From Nannocystis bainbridge (GTDB lineage: Bacteria; Myxococcota_A; Polyangia; Nannocystales; Nannocystaceae): 64,000 nucleotides of DNA. Below the pieces are notes generated by a model. The model saw only the letters and a program-made list of their open reading frames with translations, had not been told where the DNA came from and did not search any database. This document shows, in pieces, positions 40,019 through 51,564 of the stretch. Made by a program: the position numbers and the translations under genes. Position 1 is the first letter of the stretch; every line of letters starts with the position of its first letter. The stretch covers positions 1,248,001-1,312,000 of the forward strand of contig NZ_JAQNDL010000001.1 of NCBI RefSeq assembly GCF_028368995.1, in the 5' to 3' direction.

Positions 40019-41701
40019 TCACTGACACACGAACGTGGCGAGCAGGTTGAGCGCCGAGTCGATCAGCGGCTGGCCCTGCTGCGGCGTCACGAGCTCGGCG
40101 TCGATCCAGCCGTCCACCTGATCGACGATGCCCTCGAGCTTGTTGCACAGCTGGTTGTGCTTGTTCTTCTCGATCGCCGACATCACGATCCCGAGGTGGA
40201 CGAGCAGGCTGTTGAGCTGGCCGTGGTTGAGGCTGCCCGCCAGCGCGGCCGCGGCCGACTCCATGTTCTCGACCACCTCCTCGGGCGTGTACACCTTGAC
40301 GTGCAGGCTGCACACGTCCTGATGGCCGGCGGCGTCGGTCGCGGTGCAGAACACCTCGGTCTCGCTGCCGATCTCGAAGGTCTCGCCGGACGTCGGGCAC
40401 ACCACCGCAGGCGCGCCGTCGCACACGTCGACCGCGGCGGCCGTGAAGGTCACCACGGTGCCCCCGGGGCTCTCGGGGTCGACGGCGATGTCCGGCGGGC
40501 ATTCGATCTGCGGCGCCTGGGTGTCCTGCACCGTCACGCTGGCGGTGCACGAGTTCGTCGGGCTGCACACGCCGGCGTCGGTCGCCGTGAAGGTGACCTC
40601 GGTCGCCTGGCCGACGCCGTAGAACAGCGGGCTGTCGTCGACCACCGTGACCTCGTCGCAATTGTCGATCGACGCGCCGGCCGCGGCGTAGAACTCGGCG
40701 AGCTGGGTGTCGCCGGCCCAGGCGCCGCCGGGCGAGGCACACTCGATGACCTGGTCGTCGGGACAGGCGATGTCGGGCGTCGCGTAGCGGAACGGGTTCG
40801 CCTCCGGGGCGGCGAACACGGTCCCGGTCAGGGTCTTGGCGAAGTTCACCGCCTCGAGCGGGGTCCACACGCCGTCGCCGATGCCGACGATGTCGTGGCA
40901 CTCGTCGGCGTTCATCATCACGCCGTTGACGCCCTCGAGCAAGAATCCGGTGATCGTGCTCTCCTTCTCGTAGGTCCAGGTGTACACGCCGTGGAACGCC
41001 TCGCAGTGGGCGCCCGAGTCACGGATGTCGATCGCGTCGGCCACGTTGTCCTCGACGCTCTGCGGCGTCTCGACGGTGACGTTGTAGCCGTCGCCGAACC
41101 AGTACTTGTCGAAGCCGGTGGTGCGGAAGTAGTTGTCGACGGCCGACATGGTCTGCTCGTCGCCCGACAGGTAGTCGACCGCCACGGCGGCGCGCGGGTC
41201 GGCGTTGATCTGGCTCAAGATCGCCTCGAACTGCTCCTTCTCCTCGAAGTCAGGGATCGAGAACAGCAGGTTGATGTCGGGGCCGAGGCTGCCGCGCACG
41301 TGGTTATAGAGGTCGAGCAGCGGGCCGTCCGGGTCCTTGATGTCGAGGATGACGAGGCCGAGCGGCGAGTCCCCGAGGCCCAGGGTCAAGCTCACGCCCC
41401 CTAGCCAATCATCGATGTCGGTCGACCAGGCGAACACGCCGTCGTGATCGACGACCCACCGGTCGGGCACGAACTCGGTGGGGCTGCCCCACGAGAAGTC
41501 GGCCTCGATCGCGTTCACGTCCTGCGCGAGCACGACATTGGGCACGTCGGCCGGGTCGTTGCACCGGTGGGCGATGATATACAGCGGCTGCTCGCAATCG
41601 GCCCACGCCGGCGCGGCCGGCAACACCGTCGCCACCCCGGCGATCACGGCCGCGAGGCCGATTCGCCGCTTGCATGCTCCCATTCTCCTCGTACGTGTCA
41701 C
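40019..41701 (-). CDS. Secreted sphingomyelinase D/phospholipase D-like enzyme with HYR-like domains
   Basis: Signal peptide (AWA); IIAHRCN, NAIEAD, DHD, LDIK, YTWT, GVNGVMMN and plug motif AAPEANPF; DTQAPQIECP HYR-like repeat. Confidence 0.75.
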   Translation of the reverse strand: MTRTRRMGACKRRIGLAAVIAGVATVLPAAPAWADCEQPLYIIAHRCNDPADVPNVVLAQDVNAIEADFSWGSPTEFVPDRWVVDHDGVFAWSTDIDDWLGGVSLTLGLGDSPLGLVILDIKDPDGPLLDLYNHVRGSLGPDINLLFSIPDFEEKEQFEAILSQINADPRAAVAVDYLSGDEQTMSAVDNYFRTTGFDKYWFGDGYNVTVETPQSVEDNVADAIDIRDSGAHCEAFHGVYTWTYEKESTITGFLLEGVNGVMMNADECHDIVGIGDGVWTPLEAVNFAKTLTGTVFAAPEANPFRYATPDIACPDDQVIECASPGGAWAGDTQLAEFYAAAGASIDNCDEVTVVDDSPLFYGVGQATEVTFTATDAGVCSPTNSCTASVTVQDTQAPQIECPPDIAVDPESPGGTVVTFTAAAVDVCDGAPAVVCPTSGETFEIGSETEVFCTATDAAGHQDVCSLHVKVYTPEEVVENMESAAAALAGSLNHGQLNSLLVHLGIVMSAIEKNKHNQLCNKLEGIVDQVDGWIDAELVTPQQGQPLIDSALNLLATFVCQ

Positions 41702-41752
41702 GGATCCCTCCAGTCGCGCGCCTCGGCGCGCGGATCAATTCATGATGTCGAC

Positions 41753-41768
41753 AGCTCGCAACGTGCCG
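41753..41768 (-). promoter_or_regulatory. Possible sigma54 promoter of the SMase D-like gene
   Basis: Minus strand CGGCACGTTGCGAGCT keeps GG-N10-GC spacing; weak -12 element. Confidence 0.35.
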
Positions 41769-41975
41769 TCGGGGACGCACCCGCACTTGCGCGGGCCGAC
41801 CGTCATCGGAGCAGTGGCCGCAGCGGCGCGAACGATCGCGGTCGCCGGAAAATTCCGCCGCGCACCTGGCTTCACGGCCCGGAGCTCGGGCCGCCGCGCT
41901 CCCTGGCCCGCGCATCGCCTGAACCTCGGCGAGCATCGGCCCCGCGGCTCCCGGGCTCGCGCGCCGGGCCGCGGC

Positions 41976-42557
41976 TCACTTCTGAAGCATGAAGAGCTGC
42001 ACGATGGGCACCCCGACGTGACCCATGTCCCCGATCGTGATCCTCGTCGCTCGCACGAAGCCCGACTCCAGGCCGTCGCAGAACCCGCCGTCCAGGAAGA
42101 GCTCGTAGACGTTGTCCGCGACGTACCCGAAGCCGATCGCGTTGCCGCGCGCGAACTTCTCGATCGTGCATACCCGGTTCTGCAGGGCCTGGTCCGAGTA
42201 AACGTCGAGCCGGGCGAAGGCCACGTGCTCCGAGGCCAGCGCCAGGCCGTCGGCGAGGCACGGCGCGTCGATCGACCCGGTGCCCTCGTCGAGGTCGAGG
42301 TCGAACGCGCCATCTTTGTGCTGGTACACGATCGCCGGCGAGTCCGGGAGCCCGGTGAGCAGGTAGCGCTGCCCCTGCTCGACGGAGAGCGCGACGCCGC
42401 CGGAGGGGTTGAGGAACTCGAAGTCCTCGATGAACGTGGCGATGCAGTAGCCCGCGAGCTCGTCGCTGACCTGACCGTTGTTGCTCTCGAAGTCGCCGCC
42501 GTCACCGCCGCACGCAGCGAACGCGAGGGCGCCTACGAGCGCCTTGAAGTCACGCAT
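41976..42557 (-). CDS. Hypothetical lipoprotein
   Basis: MRDFKALVGALAFAAC lipobox; GC-biased third positions. Confidence 0.75.
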   Translation of the reverse strand: MRDFKALVGALAFAACGGDGGDFESNNGQVSDELAGYCIATFIEDFEFLNPSGGVALSVEQGQRYLLTGLPDSPAIVYQHKDGAFDLDLDEGTGSIDAPCLADGLALASEHVAFARLDVYSDQALQNRVCTIEKFARGNAIGFGYVADNVYELFLDGGFCDGLESGFVRATRITIGDMGHVGVPIVQLFMLQK

Positions 42558-43007
42558 GGGTCTCTCCTCGGATGGACGCGATCCAGAGTGCATCGCGCGC
42601 GCGCGGCGGCTGAAGGTCCACGGGTGAGGGTCCTGTGGCGCCCAGTAACGACGCTCCGGCCACCGCGAGGGATTACGAGGGGAACGTCGCAGTCGGGCGC
42701 GGAATCGTCGCTCGTCGCGCTGGGCGAAGATCTGCCAGGGGCTCCGCGCAGCTCGCACCAGGCATACACCCGGGCCGAGCTCGCTCGCCCCGATCGCGGC
42801 CGCACCGGCGAGTCCCGCTGCCGCACCATCGACGCGTTCCCGACCGCATCGAGGATGTCCATCGCTCGTTCCTTCCGTCGCCGCCGCTGTCCCCATCCGC
42901 CGCGCGCCCAGGCGGCCCCTCCCTCGCAGAATTGCATTCGTGCGAACTCGGGTCGCACAGACCGCGAATGTGCGCGAATGACCGCGATGCTCTGTTAGGG
43001 GTTGCCC

Positions 43008-44282
<1,275 letters not shown>

Positions 44283-44342
44283 CCCGCCGCGACCAGCGGT
44301 GAGCGGTGCATCGGCGCGTGCGCCGTCGGGCCGCGGTTCCGG

Positions 44343-45434
44343 TCACGACGCCTCGAACATGTCGATGATCGCGCGAGCCTGATCGGTATCCGGCATCTCC
44401 GGCGCCTCGTACAGCACGTGATTCGCGCCGTCGACGACGATGCCAGCCAGCGTACCCGCGAAACCCTGGACGATCTCGACGCGCGGCGTCAGCGTCGCGC
44501 CGGGGATCGAGAGCTCGTCGATGCGATCCTCGCCGGCCCAAAGCGGATCACCCTGATGCGCGACGAACATGCGGCTGCCGTCGGGCGCGACGGCCAGGCC
44601 GCTCGGGTTGCTGATCCCGGTGAAAAACGGCGTGATGACGCCGTCGGCGGTGACCGTGACGATGCTATCGCTGTTCCAACCGGTCACATAGAGCGTCCCG
44701 TCGGCGCCGAACGCCGCCACGCCGAACCCGATGTCCGACTGCGCGAAGGTGGTGATCACGCCGGTCTCGACATCGATCGCCTGCAGAGCCGACGCGTTCG
44801 GCGCCGGCCTGGTGGTGGCGATCAGCTGGCCGCCGAAGCCACCGAAGCCCTCCGGCGCGACCGTCAGCGAGGTGACGGTGTCCTCGAACGTCAGGATCTC
44901 GTGGACCTGATCCTGATCGTCCACGGCGTAGAGAGTGGCGAAAAGCTCGGGGGGGTCATGGAGCCCCGTCGCGTAGTAGATGCTGTCGTCGCTCGCGCGG
45001 TAGGTCAAGGCCGAGGCCACCTGATAATGAATGTGCGGAGCCACGATCGAGACGGACCCGTCGTCCTTGTCGACGCGGTACACGTTCGAAGTCTCCTCGC
45101 CGCCGCTGACGATCAGGTCGCAATCGCCGTCGAACGCGATCTGGCCGTATACCGCCTGCCCCTGCCACACGACGATGGGGAACGTGTGCGCGGCGACGTC
45201 CCACGCGCACGCCTCGATCATGCACGTGTCGCTGCAACGGTCGCCCGACACCGTCCCGCCGTCGTCGCACTCCTCGCCCGGATCGACGTTACTATCACCG
45301 CATACACCCATGCCTGTGGCCTCACCGCCGTCCCCCCAATCGTCTTCACAGGTGAATCCCGGCCCGTGGCACGGGCAGGACGGAATGAACGAGACGACGC
45401 TACCGACCAGAATCGTGAACCGTAGCATGACCAC
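44343..45434 (-). CDS. Exported protein with myxobacterial Cys-rich repeat and NHL/SMP-30-like propeller
   Basis: CGDSNVDPGEECDDG...CSDTC; PSGLAVAPDG blades. Confidence 0.8.
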   Translation of the reverse strand: MVMLRFTILVGSVVSFIPSCPCHGPGFTCEDDWGDGGEATGMGVCGDSNVDPGEECDDGGTVSGDRCSDTCMIEACAWDVAAHTFPIVVWQGQAVYGQIAFDGDCDLIVSGGEETSNVYRVDKDDGSVSIVAPHIHYQVASALTYRASDDSIYYATGLHDPPELFATLYAVDDQDQVHEILTFEDTVTSLTVAPEGFGGFGGQLIATTRPAPNASALQAIDVETGVITTFAQSDIGFGVAAFGADGTLYVTGWNSDSIVTVTADGVITPFFTGISNPSGLAVAPDGSRMFVAHQGDPLWAGEDRIDELSIPGATLTPRVEIVQGFAGTLAGIVVDGANHVLYEAPEMPDTDQARAIIDMFEAS

Positions 45435-45783
45435 CTGGCGCTCAGGCTGCTCGAGCTTTTACGGCGTGCATCCTCGTTCGAGACAACATGCGTCTTTCGT
45501 GCGTCTGGCACTCCTCGCCCGCGCTGTCCGCCCGATAAGCGCGGAGAGCGCCGATTGTACATAGGGCTCAATCGCAGGATCCACGCCTCTCGTATCGCCA
45601 GAACCCGGCGGCAACACCTTCGCATCCGCCGCCGCGCATGGCCGCTCACCGATTCGCCGAGATTCCCGCCGAACCCGCGCGGCGCGTTGCGGGGCCCCGG
45701 CCCGCAGGCTGACCGGGTAGCCCACCCACGGGACGCTCAACGATGCGCCGCGGATCCAGTCACGGAACTCGCGGTCCCAAGCC

Positions 45784-47121
45784 TCACGGCTGCGGGACCG
45801 CCGTCGAGGCAGGTGTCGCCGGGGGCGGGCTGGGCGACGGGCGCTCTGGCAGCGGGAGCGCCGTGCCGACCTGAAACAGCGGCGTCCCGGTGGCCTGATC
45901 GACCGCGAGCAGCATGCCCGGTTTCAGAATATAGAGATTCCGGACCGGCGAGTCCGGGTGTGATGCGAGCAGCAGCGAGCGGTATTGGAGCATATTGTCG
46001 TGAATCGAGTCCGTCGTGGCGGCCATCGGGCCGTGGTACATGCTCCGCGCCCAGGCCAGCGCGCCATCGCGGGTGATGGAGGCCACGATCTCGATCACCT
46101 CGTCGCGCTGCTCGACGCGCTTTGGTTCGAAGGAGTCCGCCGATGGGCGATTCTCCATGGTCTGGCTGCGATGCTCCACCATGTCGAAGAAGGCGTGCGG
46201 CCATGCGAGCTCGAAGCCGAGGATCCTCGGCTCGAAGTCGACCTCGCGGTTCATGACATCCCCTGAGAAATCGACGTGCCGCCAGCCTCCATCCTCACGA
46301 AACACCGGGTCGAAGGTCTTGAGCATCACCGTGCGCTCAGGGCCGCCGTCGCTGCGCATGTCGGAGCACCACGCGTTCCCCTCGCTCCTTCGGTTTATCT
46401 TATTGTACTTCCCGCAGACCTCCGGCGGGTAGGTTTCGCTGCTGGCGTGCGCGTTCTGCAGCGGGCTCATCATCTCGACGTTCTTGCGGGCCCCCGCCGG
46501 GAGGCAGTCCGGCGGTCGATCGCTGCGCCCGCTGGCGAGCTCGCCGGCGGCGCCGAGCACGATGCCGCCGTCACGGTCGTCCTCGACGCCGATCCAGAAG
46601 CCCTCGGCGATGCGGCAGACGCCGCCGACTGCCGATACGGGGGGCACCTTCTCGGGAAAGCTGCCGCGCTTGCGGAGAGTGCCGTCGGCGCTCGAAACGA
46701 GGACCCAGTCGCGCGACCAGGCGATCAGATACACGCCGTCGCCCGCGAGCGTCAGCGGGACCGCCGGGAACACCTCCTCGACACGCCATCCATCGATCCG
46801 CGCGAAGCTCGGGGGCTGCGGGTCAAGGGCGACCCGCCAGAGCACGCGACCGGTGGCCTCGTCGAGCTTCACGAGGGCACCGGCGCCGTTGCTCTGGACC
46901 AAGCCGAACAGCGAGCCGTCGGCGTCGCGCGTAGGGATCGAGGCCCACGTGTCCGGCAGCGTGACGGGCGCGGCGGGGAATGAGACGACGTCCCAGGTGT
47001 TGGTGACGGCGCCCGTCAAAAAGACCTTGTGGTCGTCGCTCGCGAAGAAGCGCGACGCCCCGACCGCGAGCACTCCCGAGATGGCAAGGAGGACTATGAT
47101 AAAAGTGCGCGATTTCGCCAT
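45784..47121 (-). CDS. Exported PQQ-like beta-propeller protein
   Basis: N-terminal TM/signal; LDEATGRVLWR and AVDQATG motifs. Confidence 0.7.
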   Translation of the reverse strand: MAKSRTFIIVLLAISGVLAVGASRFFASDDHKVFLTGAVTNTWDVVSFPAAPVTLPDTWASIPTRDADGSLFGLVQSNGAGALVKLDEATGRVLWRVALDPQPPSFARIDGWRVEEVFPAVPLTLAGDGVYLIAWSRDWVLVSSADGTLRKRGSFPEKVPPVSAVGGVCRIAEGFWIGVEDDRDGGIVLGAAGELASGRSDRPPDCLPAGARKNVEMMSPLQNAHASSETYPPEVCGKYNKINRRSEGNAWCSDMRSDGGPERTVMLKTFDPVFREDGGWRHVDFSGDVMNREVDFEPRILGFELAWPHAFFDMVEHRSQTMENRPSADSFEPKRVEQRDEVIEIVASITRDGALAWARSMYHGPMAATTDSIHDNMLQYRSLLLASHPDSPVRNLYILKPGMLLAVDQATGTPLFQVGTALPLPERPSPSPPPATPASTAVPQP

Positions 47122-47499
47122 CGTGAGGCCCTGCAGCGGGCGGGAAGCATAGCGAGTTCCCAGCGGCGCAGCGACCTGCATCGTGGTCTCGAACGTGACG
47201 GCCGCGCCGAGGTCGAGGCCGCGTATATGATGCTCGAGCGCAACGATCCCACGCGAAGCCGTCGCACCGTCGCCGCTGACAGGGGCGCGGGCGCCCGCCC
47301 AGCACAATTCGACATGCTCGTCACAGTGCGGTTCGGCGACAGCGCGCTGGCGAGGTCGCTTGCGCGCCTCGTGGACGGTGCGCAGCGGCGCCGGCGGCAT
47401 GGGGCTCGCCGAGGCGATGCGCGCCGGGCCGGCGTGGTTCCGGGCGGCGTTCGGCGCCGGCGCATCCGCCTGCCTCGACTTGGGTCGATGCTCAGTATA

Positions 47500-47772
47500 G
47501 AGCCGGGTTGCCCTCCTCACGCAGGAGGGCGCCGATCTGCCCCTCGCTGGCGTGATCGGTCCGCGCGAGGATCTTCCGCTTGTACGCGGGCGTGAACTTG
47601 CGACGCGTCGCCTTCTCGGCGGTCTCGGGGTCGTGGCCGACGACCTCGGCGTGGGCTCGACCCGCCAACTCGATTGCTCCTCCTTGCCCCTTTTTTTGAT
47701 GGTTTGGTTGCTCATGCTCTTGATTCACGGACTCGCCCTGCTCTCTAAACTTCGTGGGGTCCACGTCTCACA
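47500..47772 (-). mobile_element. IS3-family left end and orfA fragment
   Basis: DPETAEKATRRKFTPAYKRKILA...GQIGALLREEG; terminal TGTGAGACGTGGACCCC. Confidence 0.7.
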
Positions 47773-48206
47773 CGATATTATGAGGTAGGGCGCTTCTGCG
47801 TCCGCTTCGTCGACGGCTACAACCATCACCACCGCCACTCCCGCATCGCCTTTCTGGCGCGGAGGGCGGACACTGGGACGGCATGGCCATCGCCGAGCAC
47901 GGTGGGTGCTCGGTGCGCGAGCCGGGCGTGAGCGCCATCGCCGAACCCGACCGCACGCGTGATCATGGATCGGGTGCGAACCGCCTGCGATCCCGTGGAG
48001 ATCACGGACCCCAGCATCACGGCGCGCCTGCTGCGCCGGGAATTGTTCATGATATGGCTGCCGCGATGCGCGGATACGGTGAAGGGCCCCGTGATTCGAC
48101 TGGCGATATTGCTATGCGCGCGAAGCGGAGCCCGATTGACAGCGTGCAATGACCGTGGGCAGTATGCGCCCGCCGAAGCGCCGCGGCGATCGCGGTCAGA
48201 GGTATC

Positions 48207-50600
48207 ATGACCATGCATCGTTTCTCACTCCGTGTCTCCGCGATCACCAGCGTCGCCCTGCTCGCCCCGATCTCCGTGACGCTCGCCGCGTGCGGCGACT
48301 CCGGCGGCTCGCCCGCGACGGAATCGGCCGGCACCGACACCGACACCCAGGCGGGGACGACGAACTCGACGACCGCGCCGAGCACCACCGCCGTCGAGCC
48401 CACCTCTACCGGCACCACCGAGGGCACCAGCACCACCGAGGATCCCTCCACCACCGGCACCACCGAGGGCACCACCTCCACCGGCACCACCGAGAGCCCC
48501 ACGACCGAGGGCACCACCTCCGGGACCACCGGCGATCCCGTGACGCCCGAGGGTTCGCGAGCCGTCCTCGCGCTGCTGGAGACGACCGATCTCCACACCA
48601 CGATCCTCAGCTTCGACTACTACAAGCTGACCGACGATCCCTCGTACGGCCTCGAGCGCACGGCGACCCTGATCCAGCAGGCGCGCGAGGCGTTCGCCAA
48701 CACCGTGCTCGTCGACAACGGCGACACCATCCAGGGGACGGTGCTCGCCGACTACCAGGCGCTCGTCGAGCCGCTCGCCTGCGCCGACACCCTGGCGATG
48801 TACAAGGTGATGAATCACCTCGAGTTCGACGTCGGCGGCATCGGCAACCACGAATTCAACTTTGGCTTGCCCTTCCTGTCGCAGGTGACGCATACGCCGT
48901 TCGACGTCGCCGACCTCGACCTCGCCGGCTCCGACGCGTGCGCCGGGCCGACGTTCCCGCAGCTGTCGAGCAACGTCTTCAGCGCCAAGACAGACGCCAC
49001 GCTGTTCCCGCCGACCGCGCTCCTGTCGCGCACGATCGCCGCCGTCGGGCCCGACGACGTCCCGGTCACCTCGACCCTCACGATCGGCTTCGTCGACATC
49101 ACGCCGCCGCCGATCCTCAACTGGGACAAGAAGTGGCTGGACGGCAAGGTCTACACCCAGGGCGTGCAGGAGACCGTGCCGCCGCTGGTCGAGGCGCTGC
49201 GGGCCCAGGGCGCGGAGATCGTGGTGGCGATCGTCCACGGCGGCCTCGACGATTCGATGTACACGCCCGCGCTCGAGAACCAGGCCTGGTACCTGGCCCA
49301 GATCGCCGGCATCGACGCGATGCTGATGGGCCACTCGCACCAGATCTTCCCCAACCCGGCCAGCAAGGTGCCGCAGTTCGACCTGCCGATGGTGGACAAG
49401 GCGGCCGGCACCGTGGCGGACGTGCCGGCGGTGATGGCGAACTTCTGGGGGCAGCACCTCGGCGTGATCAAGACGGGGCTCGTCTACACCGACGGTCGCT
49501 GGACGATCGACGCCGAGCAGACGATCGTCGAGGCGCGACCGATCGCCACCACCTGCGTGGGCGGCCTGCCCGCGGCGTGCGACGCCGAGCAGCGCTGGCG
49601 CACCGGCGAGCCGTGCGCCTTCACCGGCATGTGCGAGGCCAAGGCCGACGGCACCAAGATCTACGTCGAAGTCGAGCCCTCGATCGCGCCGCTCGTGGAC
49701 GCGGAGCACCAGGGGACGGTCGCGTACGTCAAGACGCCGATCGGCACCACCGACTTCGAGATGACGACGCTGTTCGCCGACCTCGGCGACGTCGGCGCCA
49801 TCCAGATCGTCAACCAGGCGCAGGCCGATCACGTCTCCGCGTACATCCAGGCCAACCTGCCGGAGTACGCGACCCTGCCGGTGCTGTCGGTCAGCGCGCC
49901 GTTCAAGACCGGCTTCGCCGGCGGCAACGACTTCACCGACGTCCCCGCGGGCAACATCGCCATCAACAACGCGGCCGACCTCTACCTCTACGCCAATACG
50001 CTCCAGGCGGTGAAGGTGACCGGCGCGGAGCTCCACGACTGGCTCGAGACCGCGGCGACTCGCTTCAACCACATCGACCCGCAGGTGGTGACGCCGCAGC
50101 CGCTGATCAACCTGTCGATGCCGGGCTACAACTTCGACATGATCACCGATCCGCGGGTCACCTACGAGATCGACGTCACCCAGCCTCTGCCGCCGATGGG
50201 CGAGAAGGCCAGCGGCCGGATCAAGAACCTCACGTTCGACGGCGCCCCCATCGACCTCGACGCCGAATTCATCGTTGCCACCAACAACTACCGCGCCAGC
50301 GGCGGCGGGCAGTTCCCCGGGCTGGACGGCAGCAAGACGATCTATGCCTCGCCGGACACCAACCGCGAGGTCCTGATCGCCTACATCAAGAAGATCGCGA
50401 CCCTCACCCGCCAGGACCACGGCTCCGCCCAGAGCTGGAGCTTCACCAAGGTCGCGACGATGGGCCCCGTGGTCTTCTCCTCGGCGCAGAACGCCCTGAC
50501 CTCAGCGCAGGACGCGGGCCTCGACAACATCTCGCTGGTCCAGCAGGACGACGGCAGCAACAAGATGCTGTCGCTCTACGCGATCGACCTCGCGCAGTGA
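48207..50600 (+). CDS. cpdB: 2',3'-cyclic-nucleotide 2'-phosphodiesterase/3'-nucleotidase lipoprotein
   Basis: ETTDLH, DNGDTIQG, GNHEFNFG, GHSH, DLYLYANT, YNFD, ATNNYRASGG; lipobox LAAC. Confidence 0.92.
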   Translation: MTMHRFSLRVSAITSVALLAPISVTLAACGDSGGSPATESAGTDTDTQAGTTNSTTAPSTTAVEPTSTGTTEGTSTTEDPSTTGTTEGTTSTGTTESPTTEGTTSGTTGDPVTPEGSRAVLALLETTDLHTTILSFDYYKLTDDPSYGLERTATLIQQAREAFANTVLVDNGDTIQGTVLADYQALVEPLACADTLAMYKVMNHLEFDVGGIGNHEFNFGLPFLSQVTHTPFDVADLDLAGSDACAGPTFPQLSSNVFSAKTDATLFPPTALLSRTIAAVGPDDVPVTSTLTIGFVDITPPPILNWDKKWLDGKVYTQGVQETVPPLVEALRAQGAEIVVAIVHGGLDDSMYTPALENQAWYLAQIAGIDAMLMGHSHQIFPNPASKVPQFDLPMVDKAAGTVADVPAVMANFWGQHLGVIKTGLVYTDGRWTIDAEQTIVEARPIATTCVGGLPAACDAEQRWRTGEPCAFTGMCEAKADGTKIYVEVEPSIAPLVDAEHQGTVAYVKTPIGTTDFEMTTLFADLGDVGAIQIVNQAQADHVSAYIQANLPEYATLPVLSVSAPFKTGFAGGNDFTDVPAGNIAINNAADLYLYANTLQAVKVTGAELHDWLETAATRFNHIDPQVVTPQPLINLSMPGYNFDMITDPRVTYEIDVTQPLPPMGEKASGRIKNLTFDGAPIDLDAEFIVATNNYRASGGGQFPGLDGSKTIYASPDTNREVLIAYIKKIATLTRQDHGSAQSWSFTKVATMGPVVFSSAQNALTSAQDAGLDNISLVQQDDGSNKMLSLYAIDLAQ

Positions 50601-50604
50601 CCTC

Positions 50605-51270
50605 ATGCGGATGACGCCGACCCTCGTCGTCCTCGTGGCCGCGCTGGCCCTGTGCCGGTGCGCGCGGGAGGAGAGCCCGGTGCCCGGCCCGCGCGAGGCC
50701 GCCGCACGAGCCGGGCTCTCGTCACACGACGAACACGCGCCCCACGACGCGCACGCGCCCCACGACGCGCCCGAAGCCGAGCTCGCGGCCCTGACGGCCG
50801 CGGCCGAGTCCGGCGATGTCGACGCGCAGGTGTCGCTCGGGCGGCGATACCTGAGCGGCTCGGCCCGGCTGCCCGCCGACGTGGGCCAGGCCCGGGCCTG
50901 GTTCCTGCGCGCCGAGGCGGCGCGTCCGGGCAGCGCGGCCTACGACCTCGGGCGCATGAGCCAGAGCGGCAAGGGCGGGCCGGCGGACCCCGTCGAGGCC
51001 GTGCGGTGGTTCGAGCTGGCGGCCAGCGCCGGCTCGGCCGACGCGATGTTCCTGCTCGCGGGGGCGGCCCGCAGCGGGACCGGCCTGCCGCGCGACGACG
51101 CCCGCGCGATCGCGCTGTATCAACGCGCCGCCGCCATGGAGCACCCCGAAGCCTTGCAGGCGCTCGCGCTCGCGTACCTCCACGGGGAGCTCGGCCTGAC
51201 GATCGACGAGGCCGAGTCACGCCGCTACATGGCCGCCGCCGGTCACGCGCTGCAACACCATCACCGGTGA
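50605..51270 (+). CDS. Sel1-repeat protein
   Basis: AAESGDVDAQVSLG, EAVRWFELAA repeats. Confidence 0.85.
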   Translation: MRMTPTLVVLVAALALCRCAREESPVPGPREAAARAGLSSHDEHAPHDAHAPHDAPEAELAALTAAAESGDVDAQVSLGRRYLSGSARLPADVGQARAWFLRAEAARPGSAAYDLGRMSQSGKGGPADPVEAVRWFELAASAGSADAMFLLAGAARSGTGLPRDDARAIALYQRAAAMEHPEALQALALAYLHGELGLTIDEAESRRYMAAAGHALQHHHR

Positions 51271-51356
51271 GCGCGCTCTGTCGGTGGTATGGGGCCCGCC
51301 GAGGTCGAGCCCGCCGGCGATGCCGGCGCTCGCCGTCCGTCACCGGTACATTTGGC

Positions 51357-51376
51357 CATGTCCTTGAGTACATGTC
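51357..51376. repeat. 14-bp-phased CATGTC element
   Basis: CATGTCCTTGAGTACATGTC. Confidence 0.6.
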
Positions 51377-51564
51377 CCGACGGCCACGATGCCCCCGCCG
51401 AGGCCGCCGGGTTCACGGCGAGGCGGGCCAGAGATGGCGAAGGCCGCCACCTGCATCATCGCGCAATCCCCCCGAGGACCCCGAGGGCGGCCACGGCGGC
51501 CACGGCGGCCACGGCGGCCACGGGCGGCTTGGCGTGCAGGGCGCGGCCTGCTAGCCTCGGCGGT

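Noticed and set aside
47800-48200. Short ORFs upstream of cpdB
   Set aside because: No recognisable motif or consistent coding signal
51486-51525. GGCGGCCAC 9-bp tandem repeat (GGH)
   Set aside because: Short slippage repeat outside the likely CDS; no supported function
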